This document shows, piece after piece, positions 9,495 through 18,526 of a DNA stretch of 47,390 bases; within the stretch, counting starts at the first letter, position 1, and each line of letters opens with the position of its first letter. Both the position numbers and the translations under genes were made by a program. A model generated the notes under the pieces. The model was not told where the DNA came from and made no database searches. It saw only the letters and a list, made by a program, of their open reading frames with translations. Origin of the DNA: a virus; UHGV virus genome UHGV-1361924; one strand, 5' to 3'.

Positions 9495-9932
9495 ATGAAA
9501 CTATCAACGCGCGGAAAGAATTTAATTAAATCTCATGAGGGTTTGGTGCTCGCAGTCTATCCTGACCCGGCAACCGGAGGCGCCCCGTATACCGCTGGGT
9601 ACGGTCATACCGGAAGCGACGTTAAGCCTGGAATGAAGGTCACGCAGGCAATGGCTGACGCATGGTTTGATAAAGACGTGGCGAAATTTGAAAGCGGCGT
9701 CTCGTCACTCATCACATCCCCGACAACTCAGGGCCAGTTTGATGCAATGGTGTCGCTGGCCTACAACATTGGCCTTGGTAACTTTGGTAAATCAACTCTG
9801 CTGAAAAAACATAACGCCCGCTGCTACACCTGCGCCGCCGACCAGTTCCGGGTATGGAACCGCGCTAATGGCAAGGTCATGAACGGACTGACCAAGCGCC
9901 GCGCAGCTGAGCGTGAGGTATACATGTCATGA
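9495..9932 (+). CDS. endolysin, GH24 T4-type lysozyme
   Basis: SHEGLVLAVYPDPATGGAPYTAGYGHTG with catalytic E/D/T spacing. Confidence 0.9.
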   Translation: MKLSTRGKNLIKSHEGLVLAVYPDPATGGAPYTAGYGHTGSDVKPGMKVTQAMADAWFDKDVAKFESGVSSLITSPTTQGQFDAMVSLAYNIGLGNFGKSTLLKKHNARCYTCAADQFRVWNRANGKVMNGLTKRRAAEREVYMS

Positions 9933-10174
9933 AGCGCCTAAGCAACTGGCTTATCGGCATTTGGGCATCACTCTGCTCGCTGATTCAGCTCTGGCCTGAC
10001 GCCATGGTTCATGTATGGTCTTTCATGCCTGAGGACCTCAAGTCTGCCATTCCACCGATTGCGGTCAAGGCGATCAGCTACAGCATCCTTCTTGCCTCGC
10101 TGTTTGGAAAAATGCACGGCATGAAAAAAGAGATTAAGGCGCTGAAAAATGATTCTGCAAATCCTCAAGGCTAA
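9929..10174 (+). CDS. putative holin-like membrane protein (2 TM)
   Basis: two TM segments; located in lysis cassette; ATGA coupling to lysozyme. Confidence 0.4.
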   Translation: MKRLSNWLIGIWASLCSLIQLWPDAMVHVWSFMPEDLKSAIPPIAVKAISYSILLASLFGKMHGMKKEIKALKNDSANPQG

Positions 10175-10643
10175 CTGGAAAGTTGTTGCGGCCATTATCG
10201 GCGTAGCGCTTCTGGCATTGATTATCTACGGAAAGTGGGTCAATTACGGGAAGGCGAAATATAACTCTGGATATCTGGCCGCCGTAGAGGCGCAGAAGGT
10301 CAAAGACAAAGAGGCGAGCGAACAACATGAGCAAGACAAAAAGACCATCGAGCAGGAAGCGCAGAGTCGCATTGATGCCGCGCGTGCTGATGCTTCCGCT
10401 GCTGCTGTTAAGTCTGGCAGGTTGCAGCAACAGCTCGCCACAATCAGAAAGCAGCTCCTCGGTTATTCCCGCACTGAGTCCATTGGCAATCCAGCCTCAA
10501 ACACCGGAGTTTTGCTCTCCCAGCTGCTCAGCGAATCTGTCGAAAGAAATCGACAGCTGGCAGAATATGCTGACTCAGCAAGAGAAGCAGGATTGACTTG
10601 TCAGGCACAATACAACTCCCTGCGCAATAAAAAAGCCCCGTAA
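10149..10643 (+). CDS. i-spanin (Rz-like)
   Basis: N-terminal TM, periplasmic coiled-coil; contains embedded lipoprotein ORF. Confidence 0.7.
   Translation: MILQILKANWKVVAAIIGVALLALIIYGKWVNYGKAKYNSGYLAAVEAQKVKDKEASEQHEQDKKTIEQEAQSRIDAARADASAAAVKSGRLQQQLATIRKQLLGYSRTESIGNPASNTGVLLSQLLSESVERNRQLAEYADSAREAGLTCQAQYNSLRNKKAP
10327..10596 (+). CDS. o-spanin (Rz1-like lipoprotein) embedded in +1 frame of i-spanin
   Basis: lipobox LLSLAGC, Pro/Ser-rich mature part. Confidence 0.65.
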   Translation: MSKTKRPSSRKRRVALMPRVLMLPLLLLSLAGCSNSSPQSESSSSVIPALSPLAIQPQTPEFCSPSCSANLSKEIDSWQNMLTQQEKQD

Positions 10644-10658
10644 AGGGGCTTTGTTTTA
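10630..10658 (+). terminator. rho-independent terminator
   Basis: aaagcccc-gtaa-aggggcttt + T-run. Confidence 0.7.
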
Positions 10659-10799
10659 AATTAGTTCCACGGGGTTATGCATAAAGAGCCTCCATTTTGT
10701 ACCCAAACATAACTGCGTTCTGGTGCTCAACACTACCAGCAAACACCAGATAGCGACGCCCACGATTGCTGGTGATGATGTAGGCTGCTGGCTCCCGAT

Positions 10800-11033
10800 T
10801 CATAGTTTCACCATTGATGCTTTGCTTAGCTTGTCGTTGACGTGCTGGATGCACTTGATAATCTCCCCAACCTCATCATGAGTAAACAAGCTGCAATCAT
10901 ATGCAGCATTGACCTTATCACCTGCCACCTCAATAGTCAGGTGCTTGCCTTTGAATCGTGCAGCAAACCCATTACACTCAAAGTGTCCTGATTCTTGTGC
11001 TACATTATCCGCGCATGCATTGGTAACTTTCAT
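10800..11033 (-). CDS. hypothetical protein
   Basis: 77-aa ORF. Confidence 0.45.
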   Translation of the reverse strand: MKVTNACADNVAQESGHFECNGFAARFKGKHLTIEVAGDKVNAAYDCSLFTHDEVGEIIKCIQHVNDKLSKASMVKL

Positions 11034-11242
11034 TTCGATAACCTCGCCCAGCCTTTACCTTTCACGTTATAAACAAGCCCCTTCTTTTTCAGTGCCTGCA
11101 TTCTCCTGTCAAGGATTGTGATGTTTTTGACTGGTGAAATGTCCAACACCTCACGCCAAATCGACCCAATATCTACAGGCCTGATTGAGTCATCAAGACG
11201 GCGCAGAATTGCATCGTCAAGTTCATCATAAACACCCATCAC
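11030..11242 (-). CDS. hypothetical protein
   Basis: 70-aa ORF, ATGA coupling. Confidence 0.45.
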   Translation of the reverse strand: MMGVYDELDDAILRRLDDSIRPVDIGSIWREVLDISPVKNITILDRRMQALKKKGLVYNVKGKGWARLSK

Positions 11243-11760
11243 TTTACCTCCCCATTCAGTTCATTAACAATTAATGTTGCATAGCCAGCAATGTCTTTCC
11301 AGCTATCGTCGTATGTCGGGTCGCCATTCAGGATTCGACCAATTTTATGCTGAATCATGTCGAGCGCCTCCTTCTGGCTCGCCGTCAGGTTGCTCCAGCC
11401 GTCAACGTCGCGCATGGTGTCTTTCAGTGATTGCATGATATCTGCGCCGTCTTTGAATTTGCCATAGCGATTTCCGCGCTCGGTGATGAGGGCTTCTGTT
11501 GGGTCTGTGCATTCTTTGGTGGCTTGCCCCTCAATATCCACAATGTACCGCTTGGCCATGCATAAGAATTGACTGCGGTATACACCCTCACCCCAAATTC
11601 CAGAGCCGCCATATACGCCCCAATATCTGGCGCCGGGAGTTGGGGAGATTTCCACGAAATATTTTCGCTTGTTGTTGTCAATGACAAGCATTGTTGCTTC
11701 TTCAGGAGCGCCATAGAAATGACCCTCATTTCCTTTCGTGTATTTGTATTTCCTCATCAC
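11239..11760 (-). CDS. conserved phage protein; C-terminal all-alpha domain with MazG-like motif (KIGRILNGDPTYDDSWKDIAGYA)
   Basis: 173 aa; motif-based only. Confidence 0.5.
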   Translation of the reverse strand: MMRKYKYTKGNEGHFYGAPEEATMLVIDNNKRKYFVEISPTPGARYWGVYGGSGIWGEGVYRSQFLCMAKRYIVDIEGQATKECTDPTEALITERGNRYGKFKDGADIMQSLKDTMRDVDGWSNLTASQKEALDMIQHKIGRILNGDPTYDDSWKDIAGYATLIVNELNGEVK

Positions 11761-11957
11761 TCCACCCTCAACGTAACTTTGTTTTTCTCATCCACACTGA
11801 AGTGTTTACGCACAAACGCATACATTTCTTCAGCGCTCCATTCCCGCATTGCTACATAGCAGTGCGCGTAATATCTGACATCTCGCAGGCTTAACGGCTG
11901 GCGCTTAGCGATAATCTCAGTCAGTGCTTCCATTGGTTCTTTGCGTTGTCTCGCCAT
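11757..11957 (-). CDS. hypothetical protein
   Basis: 66 aa; first gene of minus operon. Confidence 0.45.
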   Translation of the reverse strand: MARQRKEPMEALTEIIAKRQPLSLRDVRYYAHCYVAMREWSAEEMYAFVRKHFSVDEKNKVTLRVE

Positions 11958-11980
11958 TTGTCGCTCTCCTGTGAAAATAG

Positions 11981-12027
11981 TATTGACTAATCTACATCAT
12001 CTAGTCAATACTTAATGACGTAGATTA
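11981..12027. promoter_or_regulatory. divergent promoter/operator with nested inverted repeats (tattgacta/tagtcaata and aatctacatca/tgacgtagatt)
   Basis: seen directly; lies between divergent operons. Confidence 0.55.
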
Positions 12028-12054
12028 TATCACATTAGAAATCGGTGGTGTGGA

Positions 12055-12258
12055 ATGAAAGGATGGCGAGAAGTAACAGAGGTGCATAAGAGGGATTGCC
12101 GGGAAATGCTTGAAATGCTCAACATCCCGGAATCAATCATCAAATCTGTCGAGCTGCGCATTGATATGGCGGCAATGGAGGCAGCGCATGAACAGCAATC
12201 CTGCTGGATTGACAGGCCGTTACCGGGGATTTTACATCGTGGTAAGACTTCCGATTGA
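12055..12258 (+). CDS. hypothetical protein
   Basis: 67 aa. Confidence 0.4.
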   Translation: MKGWREVTEVHKRDCREMLEMLNIPESIIKSVELRIDMAAMEAAHEQQSCWIDRPLPGILHRGKTSD

Positions 12259-12341
12259 AGATGATGTCGGGTATCTGCATAACCATAGTCATGTGCTCAA
12301 ATATTATGGCGCTCACTACAAAGTGTTGATGGAGAGAAAAA

Positions 12342-12533
12342 ATGATTACTGACCAGATATACGAAAAAGAGTTGCTGAACAGGCTGGAAGAGCTCGACCG
12401 CACTCGCGCATGGGTGGAAAGTGAATTGCGCGAAGTACGTAACCGCATGCAGCGGCAGGTTAACCGCGAAATTATTGAGTGGCGCGAAGGGCGACCGCAT
12501 TTTAGCAATATTGGTGAATGGGTGGCGAAATGA
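12342..12533 (+). CDS. hypothetical protein
   Basis: 63 aa. Confidence 0.45.
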   Translation: MITDQIYEKELLNRLEELDRTRAWVESELREVRNRMQRQVNREIIEWREGRPHFSNIGEWVAK

Positions 12534-12769
12534 GCAAGGCCAGCACGCTGCATGAATTAATCATGGCTGATATCAGGGAAGACAATGCAAGGGCCAGATG
12601 GCAGCGAAACCAGCCTGACCGCCGAACGTTGAAGCAGAAGCTGCATCCAAAGCGCAGGCGCCCAAATAGAAAGCGAGATTATCGCAGGGACAGGGTGTTG
12701 CTTAAACTGTGTGATATTCAGATGAAATTTATTATTAAGGAGGCGATGAATGAAACCAATGATGAATGA
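12530..12769 (+). CDS. hypothetical basic protein
   Basis: ATGA coupling; K/R-rich. Confidence 0.4.
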   Translation: MSKASTLHELIMADIREDNARARWQRNQPDRRTLKQKLHPKRRRPNRKRDYRRDRVLLKLCDIQMKFIIKEAMNETNDE

Positions 12770-13001
12770 TGAGGGGATTCTAGAATGCCCCTTATGCCAG
12801 GCTACTATCTCGCATGCAGAGCAAGCATATTTTGAGCTATCACCAGTTGGGTGGGTGGTTGAGTGCTACGAGTGCGGATGCACAACAGGAAAGCATGCAA
12901 CAAAAAACGGCGCCATTGAGTCATGGAACACCAGAAACGGCCACCTCTATACCGCTGATGACTACAAACAGGATGCAATGGAGCGCGCAAATGGACTTTA
13001 A
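12750..13001 (+). CDS. Lar-family restriction alleviation protein (zinc ribbon)
   Basis: CPLC...CYECGC and AIESWNTR signature. Confidence 0.65.
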   Translation: MKPMMNDEGILECPLCQATISHAEQAYFELSPVGWVVECYECGCTTGKHATKNGAIESWNTRNGHLYTADDYKQDAMERANGL

Positions 13002-13461
13002 AACGCAAATACTCACGGTGATAGAGCGCTGCGGCGGCGCAACCAATGCGATGATACGAAAGCAGACTGGCATGACAAACCGAGCCAGCGTTACCGGCTA
13101 TCTGATTGAGCTGGAGGGTATGGGATTTATTATTAAAGAGGAAAGCGTCAGCTATGGCAGGCGCTGCTTTAAGTATTTCCTCAATCCCGATAATACTGCG
13201 CTTGACCTGGCAATTCAGACGTACCTTGAGGCGAATCCTGGGCGCAAGAGCAAGCAGATAGCAGAGGCTGTCGGCGTCAACTACACCATCCTCAAGGCGC
13301 GCATGCGCTATCTGGCAAGCATTGGTCAGGTTGACCGTGAAATGCTTCCAGGCGGTGCATGGAAATATTACTGGCAGGAGATCATCCCGTTTGGTATGAG
13401 CCGTGACAGGATGATGTTTGAAAAGCTGCTTGCCGGGGCGCGTCAGTCATGTGGGCGATAA
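12991..13461 (+). CDS. DNA-binding protein with two winged-helix-like domains
   Basis: RBS GGAG 7 nt before ATG 12991; wH-like segments; ORF-track 5' extension rejected. Confidence 0.5.
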   Translation: MDFKTQILTVIERCGGATNAMIRKQTGMTNRASVTGYLIELEGMGFIIKEESVSYGRRCFKYFLNPDNTALDLAIQTYLEANPGRKSKQIAEAVGVNYTILKARMRYLASIGQVDREMLPGGAWKYYWQEIIPFGMSRDRMMFEKLLAGARQSCGR

Positions 13462-13646
13462 AGCATAAATCAGGAACCGTGCTGTTTGTCACCAGATGTG
13501 AGCGCACGGCCAGTAATCGCAGAGAGATGGGGTGGATAGTGGAAGAAACAGAATGCCCGCACGAATGGGTTAGCAAGGGAAGCTATCCGGATATTTATTA
13601 TGTATGCATGTGGTGCGGAGAGTGTGGTAATGACGAAGATGACTAG
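13449..13646 (+). CDS. small Cys-rich protein
   Basis: CPHEW...CMWCGEC. Confidence 0.4.
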   Translation: MWAIKHKSGTVLFVTRCERTASNRREMGWIVEETECPHEWVSKGSYPDIYYVCMWCGECGNDEDD

Positions 13647-13899
13647 CAGAGAGCAGTTTGAAGGGTGGGCAACCAGTGCCGGTTTTATTGTTACCACTAA
13701 AAATGACGGCTACTTATACCCAGCAACCAATAGCGCATGGCAAGCATGGCAAGCATCACGGCAAGCGGTTGAAATTGAGCTTCCGGCTATCGAAGATAAA
13801 AGATGGTATTCATCATCCAATGGCAAGTTTAGAGAGGTTGGTTTTTATCTTGCTATTCGTAAAATCATTATTAGTCACGGGTTGAGGGTGAAGGCATGA
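13630..13899 (+). CDS. hypothetical protein
   Basis: start chosen at ATG 13630. Confidence 0.4.
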   Translation: MTKMTSREQFEGWATSAGFIVTTKNDGYLYPATNSAWQAWQASRQAVEIELPAIEDKRWYSSSNGKFREVGFYLAIRKIIISHGLRVKA

Positions 13900-14240
13900 A
13901 ACTACAACTTAACGAAATCATGGAAGCAACAATTAGCGAGCTGGATGACATTGACATGACCCTTGCCTTTGAGATTGAGGCCATCGAGCGTCAGCTTGCT
14001 GGCAATCAGAATGGAAATAAGGTGTGGAGAGAGAAGGCCATGAAGGCGAAGGGACACATGCAGCGCACCCGAGCGCTGGTTCGCACTCGCCTTGATAAGC
14101 TCTACTACGGCGAAGAAAGAATGTTACACGGCGCCATTCTGGCTGAAATCCGCAAAACGATGTCTGTCGGGAAATTCATGGATGCCGTAAACCGCGCAAA
14201 AGTTAACTGCGGAATGTTAAATAAGAATAGTCCTCAATAA
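13896..14240 (+). CDS. hypothetical protein
   Basis: 114 aa, ATGA coupling. Confidence 0.45.
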   Translation: MKLQLNEIMEATISELDDIDMTLAFEIEAIERQLAGNQNGNKVWREKAMKAKGHMQRTRALVRTRLDKLYYGEERMLHGAILAEIRKTMSVGKFMDAVNRAKVNCGMLNKNSPQ

Positions 14241-14284
14241 ATTCTCTTCCGTGGCTGTTACCTTGCACTCAGGAGGTAGCAGCC

Positions 14285-14407
14285 ATGCCAATCATACTGA
14301 TATCATTCTTTGCTACTCTTTTCGCTTTTACCGCATCTCCGCTTTACCTTCTCGCGTCCATTTCGTGGTGCATATTCATGGTGTGTTATAATCCGGGCAT
14401 AAAGTAA
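14285..14407 (+). CDS. small hydrophobic peptide (40 aa)
   Basis: strong RBS CAGGAGG; overlaps extended -10 promoter. Confidence 0.3.
   Translation: MPIILISFFATLFAFTASPLYLLASISWCIFMVCYNPGIK
14384..14392 (+). promoter_or_regulatory. extended -10 promoter TGtTATAAT
   Basis: gtgtgttataat 30 nt upstream of ATG 14423. Confidence 0.5.
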
Positions 14408-14422
14408 GCGCGGAGAAAGGTC

Positions 14423-15823
14423 ATGATTGTCAAAATTGGCGACAAGTGGGTCGTTAAATCTAAGGATGGCTCGCACCAGTTTGGCGAGTACGACACCGAA
14501 GAGGCGGCGAAAAAGCGCCTTGCTGAGGTGGAGGCATTCAAGCACATGAATAATAAATTACAGGTTAACATCCTGTACACCGTCAACTCAGCCAGCAACA
14601 TCAGTGAAAAAATCATTGATGGCGACCCGCATTATGTCATCAAGAATGTTGTGCCGGTTGTGGATGATATTGTCATGAATGGCGGCCTGTACCCTGGCGA
14701 TGAGATTAAAAAATCATTCCATGGGCTTGATGGGAAACCGGCTCCATATGACCACCCGAAGATTGACGGCAAATACGTATCAGCCAACATGACACGGGCC
14801 GCCAATCAGTTCAGCGTTGGTGCATGGATTGAGAACTCATCTCATGACGGCAGCAAAGCACTGGTAGACCTTTACATCAACAAAGTGGTAGCCGAGCGCT
14901 CTGATAAGGGCCGGGAATTGCTGTCGAGAATTGATGGCCTCAAAGTTAACAGCGCCGATGCTGAACCTGTTCAGGTGTCCACGGGCCTGCTGCTCAACCG
15001 CGAGCAGGCATCAGGAACTTCCAAGGGTAAAAAATATTCCTGGATTGCCAGAAATATGGAGTGGGATCACCTCGCCATTCTTCCACCTGGCATTCCCGGT
15101 GCTGGCGGCCCTGCTGATGGTGTCGGTATCTTTGCTGCTAACGGCGAAGACATTGGGCGCGTTGTAGTCAACCTTGAGGAATCGGCAATGACCGACGAAA
15201 GTGTAAACAAAATAAAATGGTGGCAGCGCGCCATCAATCGACTTACTGGCAACCAGCTGTCATTCACCGATATTACTGAGCAGCTCCGCAATATCATCAA
15301 GGCCGAGATGCCAGCCGACTCATGGCCTTATATCGTCGCCGTTTATGATAATTACTTCGGTGTTGAGATTGACGGCACCATTTATATGCAGTCCTACATC
15401 GTCCGTGAGGATATGGTAGAATTAGTCGGTGAACGGGTTAAGGCTGTTTATAAAACAGAGCTTGAACCGGTAAAAGCAACTCAAGGGGAAATCTCAATGA
15501 CTAACGAGGAATTACAGGCTGTACTGGCCGACGCCCTCAAACCGGTTCAGGAATCGTTGACCGCAGTCAACCAGAAACTGGCCGATGTGGAGGCGCAAAA
15601 CAAAACCCTGCGCGACCAGTTGCAAGCCAATGCCGCACAGGAAGAAACCGCAATGCGCGCCGCCATTATGGCTAAGCTGAAATTGCCGGAATCTGCTGTT
15701 AATGCGCTGACTGGCGAAGCACTGCGTGAAACCTATGCGCTCACCAGTAAAGCGGCTCCGATTTCCGGCGGGTTCAAGCCGAACCGTGCCGAAGAGGATT
15801 TTGATATGGAGGCACCTGAATAA
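14423..15823 (+). CDS. prohead protease / scaffolding fusion protein
   Basis: 466 aa; N-terminal conserved phage domain then long coiled-coil C-terminus; located before capsid gene. Confidence 0.55.
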   Translation: MIVKIGDKWVVKSKDGSHQFGEYDTEEAAKKRLAEVEAFKHMNNKLQVNILYTVNSASNISEKIIDGDPHYVIKNVVPVVDDIVMNGGLYPGDEIKKSFHGLDGKPAPYDHPKIDGKYVSANMTRAANQFSVGAWIENSSHDGSKALVDLYINKVVAERSDKGRELLSRIDGLKVNSADAEPVQVSTGLLLNREQASGTSKGKKYSWIARNMEWDHLAILPPGIPGAGGPADGVGIFAANGEDIGRVVVNLEESAMTDESVNKIKWWQRAINRLTGNQLSFTDITEQLRNIIKAEMPADSWPYIVAVYDNYFGVEIDGTIYMQSYIVREDMVELVGERVKAVYKTELEPVKATQGEISMTNEELQAVLADALKPVQESLTAVNQKLADVEAQNKTLRDQLQANAAQEETAMRAAIMAKLKLPESAVNALTGEALRETYALTSKAAPISGGFKPNRAEEDFDMEAPE

Positions 15824-16287
15824 TGGCTACTATCCGTTATGGCACCATCATCGGCGGCCCGGCCCGCAAAAACGACCCGCAGTTGCGCGAAGGGCTGATG
15901 AACGTCGCCCTGCAACCTGGCGCACTGGTCGACTTCAACTCCTCCGACAAAATCATCGCGCATGCGACTGCTGGCGGTCACGGTTTCCCTTACGTTCTGC
16001 AACATAACTATGTTGGCGGCGGCGACGTGAGCGAAGCTGTACCGGCGAATGCTACCGGCATGGCAGTACAATGCGAATTTGGCGTAACGTATCACGCTCT
16101 GGTTGCGGCATCCTCCGCACTGGTAAAAGGTACTCCGCTGGCAAGCAATGGCTCCGGCGCGTTAAAAGTGGCTGGCACAGGTGATAAAATCCTGTTCTAT
16201 GCGTATGAAGCCTACACCGTAGCATCTGATGGCGCTGAACTCGTTGCAGTTCGTCGCGCTGGCAATGCTGCAATGCCTGCGGCGTAA
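15823..16287 (+). CDS. putative head decoration/accessory capsid protein
   Basis: 154 aa between scaffold and major capsid; Gly/Ala-rich; position-based. Confidence 0.4.
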   Translation: MATIRYGTIIGGPARKNDPQLREGLMNVALQPGALVDFNSSDKIIAHATAGGHGFPYVLQHNYVGGGDVSEAVPANATGMAVQCEFGVTYHALVAASSALVKGTPLASNGSGALKVAGTGDKILFYAYEAYTVASDGAELVAVRRAGNAAMPAA

Positions 16288-16298
16288 GGAGCCGAACA

Positions 16299-17387
16299 AT
16301 GGAAAAGATTATCTTTACGAAAGGCCTGATCACCAACTCGCAGGTGGTTAAAGAGCAATGGCGTCACCTGACCGTTGACCGCAAGGTTTTCATCAATGGT
16401 GAAAACGCTCTGGCGAAAGAATACGGCGTAAACGCCACCGCACTGGTAACGAAAGACTACTGGCGCGAAGTGGATGACGTGACCACCCGTGTATTCCGCA
16501 ACGAGTCCGGCATGGATATGATGGCCGACCTGATGACGCTGGCGACCAACATCAACATCGGCAAGACCGTGGCAATCAGCCGCATGGCTTCCGACGCTGG
16601 TAAGGTTGTGCGCACCATCTCCGGGCAGGAGCCTGAAGACCTGGATAAAACCCGCTACTCCTACAGCGGCGATGTAATCCCGATCTTCAAAACCGGTTAT
16701 GGCCGCGAGTGGCGTGAGCTACTGGGCATGCAGTCTGAAGGTTTCGACCCGCTGATTGATGACCAGGAAAGCACCACCTTCAACCTGCGCGCAGACATGG
16801 CGGATTATCTGCTGGTCGGCGATGCAAGCCTGAACGTGAACGGCGTTTATACTGCTTACGGCATCACCAACCACCCTAACACCGTGCAGCTTAACCTGAG
16901 CGCTTCGGGCACTGGTGCGCTGAACATCGACCTGCAAACCGCGACCCCTGATGAAATCGTTGAGTTCTTCAACCAGGATTTCCAGGCGGTTCTCGATGCG
17001 CAGAACGTGTTCGAGCCGGTTACTCTGTGGGTTTCTCCGTCCGTGCGCCGCTCCTTCAGCCGCCCGTACTCCAACGCGGCAGGCTTCAAAGGCGGCACCA
17101 TTGAGGATTACATCCTCGCATTCGGCAAAACCGGCAACGTTGGCCGCATCGCGTCTATCGGCACCAACTTCAAACTGACCGGGAACCATTTCGTCGGCTA
17201 TGTGAAGAATGCGCTGTATATCCGCCCTCGCGTCGCTCAGCCGGTATCTACCTATGCAGAGCCGCGTACCACGCCGCACGCTAACTTTAACTTTTTAACG
17301 TGGGCTGCTATGGGTTTGCAAATACGGCGCGATTATTCAGGAAAATCAAAGGTTTTCAACGGGTATGGAACACAAACAGCGTTGTAA
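16299..17387 (+). CDS. major capsid protein
   Basis: 362 aa, position and size. Confidence 0.7.
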   Translation: MEKIIFTKGLITNSQVVKEQWRHLTVDRKVFINGENALAKEYGVNATALVTKDYWREVDDVTTRVFRNESGMDMMADLMTLATNINIGKTVAISRMASDAGKVVRTISGQEPEDLDKTRYSYSGDVIPIFKTGYGREWRELLGMQSEGFDPLIDDQESTTFNLRADMADYLLVGDASLNVNGVYTAYGITNHPNTVQLNLSASGTGALNIDLQTATPDEIVEFFNQDFQAVLDAQNVFEPVTLWVSPSVRRSFSRPYSNAAGFKGGTIEDYILAFGKTGNVGRIASIGTNFKLTGNHFVGYVKNALYIRPRVAQPVSTYAEPRTTPHANFNFLTWAAMGLQIRRDYSGKSKVFNGYGTQTAL

Positions 17388-17391
17388 TTGA

Positions 17392-17420
17392 TAAAGGGGG
17401 CGTTAGCCCCCTTCTTTATA
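17392..17420. terminator. bidirectional terminator
   Basis: aagggggc-gtta-gccccctt. Confidence 0.65.
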
Positions 17421-18239
17421 TCTTATCTCGCCATATACCATCCATTGAAGCATATAGCACCACTCCCATTCTGTAATATCATCCCTTAACCATCGGCTAT
17501 TCTTTTTGAAGTTGTACTCGGCTGGCTCAGCTTTAAGGTTATGCAAGCAATTAACTAGCTCTGGATACACAAGCTCATTCTTAACAAACCAGTTAACAGG
17601 AAGAATATGGTCAATATGCCAGGAGCTTCTATTATCAAAGCTCATCCATGCCTCCATTGTTGACTCTATATGGTTAATAAATTCATCCTTTGAGTAACCA
17701 AGAACTTCATCAACGCTTGAATCAGAAAGAATGGCGCCAATCTTGACGTCCATCCTTTCCAGAGTCTTCCTCAGCAACCTATGGTGTGGATTGTCTGTCG
17801 CCCATTGCTTTACGTTTTGCAGTGCCTTTGCGTTACCATTTTTTGAGTAATACCATTTACGATAAATCTTCCTTTTCTTCTCCAAAAACTCCTCGCGCCT
17901 CAAAGGGTCTTCTCTCATCCTTTTGCTATATTTGGAGCCATTAAGCGACCTCCTTCTCCTGTTTTCTTCCTTTGAGTAATATTTATCATATGATTTTTTC
18001 CGGCTAATGCGCTCCCTTTCCTGCCCCTCACTTGTTGCGCGCTTGGCTCTGGTGAACTCATACAAGCAATCCTTGCATCTTCCTCCGCCGGCAGTAAAAA
18101 AGGTGACACAACCACATTTTGCGCATGGTATTTCAGTGCAGACAAACTGCTTTAATCCCTGCTCTCTGGCTTTAATAGCCAGTTCTTTTCTTGTAGCCAT
18201 AGTGTAATCCTTGCTGATTTGGTTTTGCCATCTTAGCAC
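17403..18239 (-). CDS. HNH homing endonuclease with N-terminal zinc ribbon
   Basis: WHIDHILP..N..N HNH motif; CxxC..CxxC N-terminus; opposite strand inside late operon. Confidence 0.6.
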   Translation of the reverse strand: MLRWQNQISKDYTMATRKELAIKAREQGLKQFVCTEIPCAKCGCVTFFTAGGGRCKDCLYEFTRAKRATSEGQERERISRKKSYDKYYSKEENRRRRSLNGSKYSKRMREDPLRREEFLEKKRKIYRKWYYSKNGNAKALQNVKQWATDNPHHRLLRKTLERMDVKIGAILSDSSVDEVLGYSKDEFINHIESTMEAWMSFDNRSSWHIDHILPVNWFVKNELVYPELVNCLHNLKAEPAEYNFKKNSRWLRDDITEWEWCYMLQWMVYGEIRYKEGG

Positions 18240-18254
18240 ATCTATATGTCATGT

Positions 18255-18263
18255 GTTATAATT
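18255..18263 (+). promoter_or_regulatory. extended -10 promoter TGtTATAAT
   Basis: catgtgttataat 30 nt upstream of ATG 18292. Confidence 0.5.
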
Positions 18264-18291
18264 AATCAACATCAAAATAGAGGTATTTATC

Positions 18292-18486
18292 ATGGCTAAA
18301 TATGAAGTAATCGCCAGCGGAATCTTCGTCAAGGATAAAGACGGTCGCCTGCGTGAGCTTGCTATTGGCGATATCATTGACGAATCAAGCCCACACATTG
18401 AGTCAAAACTTCGCCCGGTTAGTGAGAAAGTTCTGGAAGTTGCAACTCCGCAAGAATCGCAGCCAAAGGCGAAGAAAACCAAGTAA
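18292..18486 (+). CDS. hypothetical small protein
   Basis: 64 aa followed by terminator. Confidence 0.45.
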   Translation: MAKYEVIASGIFVKDKDGRLRELAIGDIIDESSPHIESKLRPVSEKVLEVATPQESQPKAKKTK

Positions 18487-18488
18487 AA

Positions 18489-18517
18489 TAAACCCGCAAA
18501 CAAGCGGGTTTTTTATT
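18489..18517 (+). terminator. rho-independent terminator
   Basis: aacccgc-aaacaa-gcgggtt + tttttatt. Confidence 0.7.
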
Positions 18518-18526
18518 GGGGGATTT

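Noticed and set aside
12814-12990. ORF-track 5' extension of the winged-helix protein, overlapping the Lar gene
   Set aside because: A GGAG RBS sits before ATG 12991, which is coupled to the Lar stop. The extension has no start signal.
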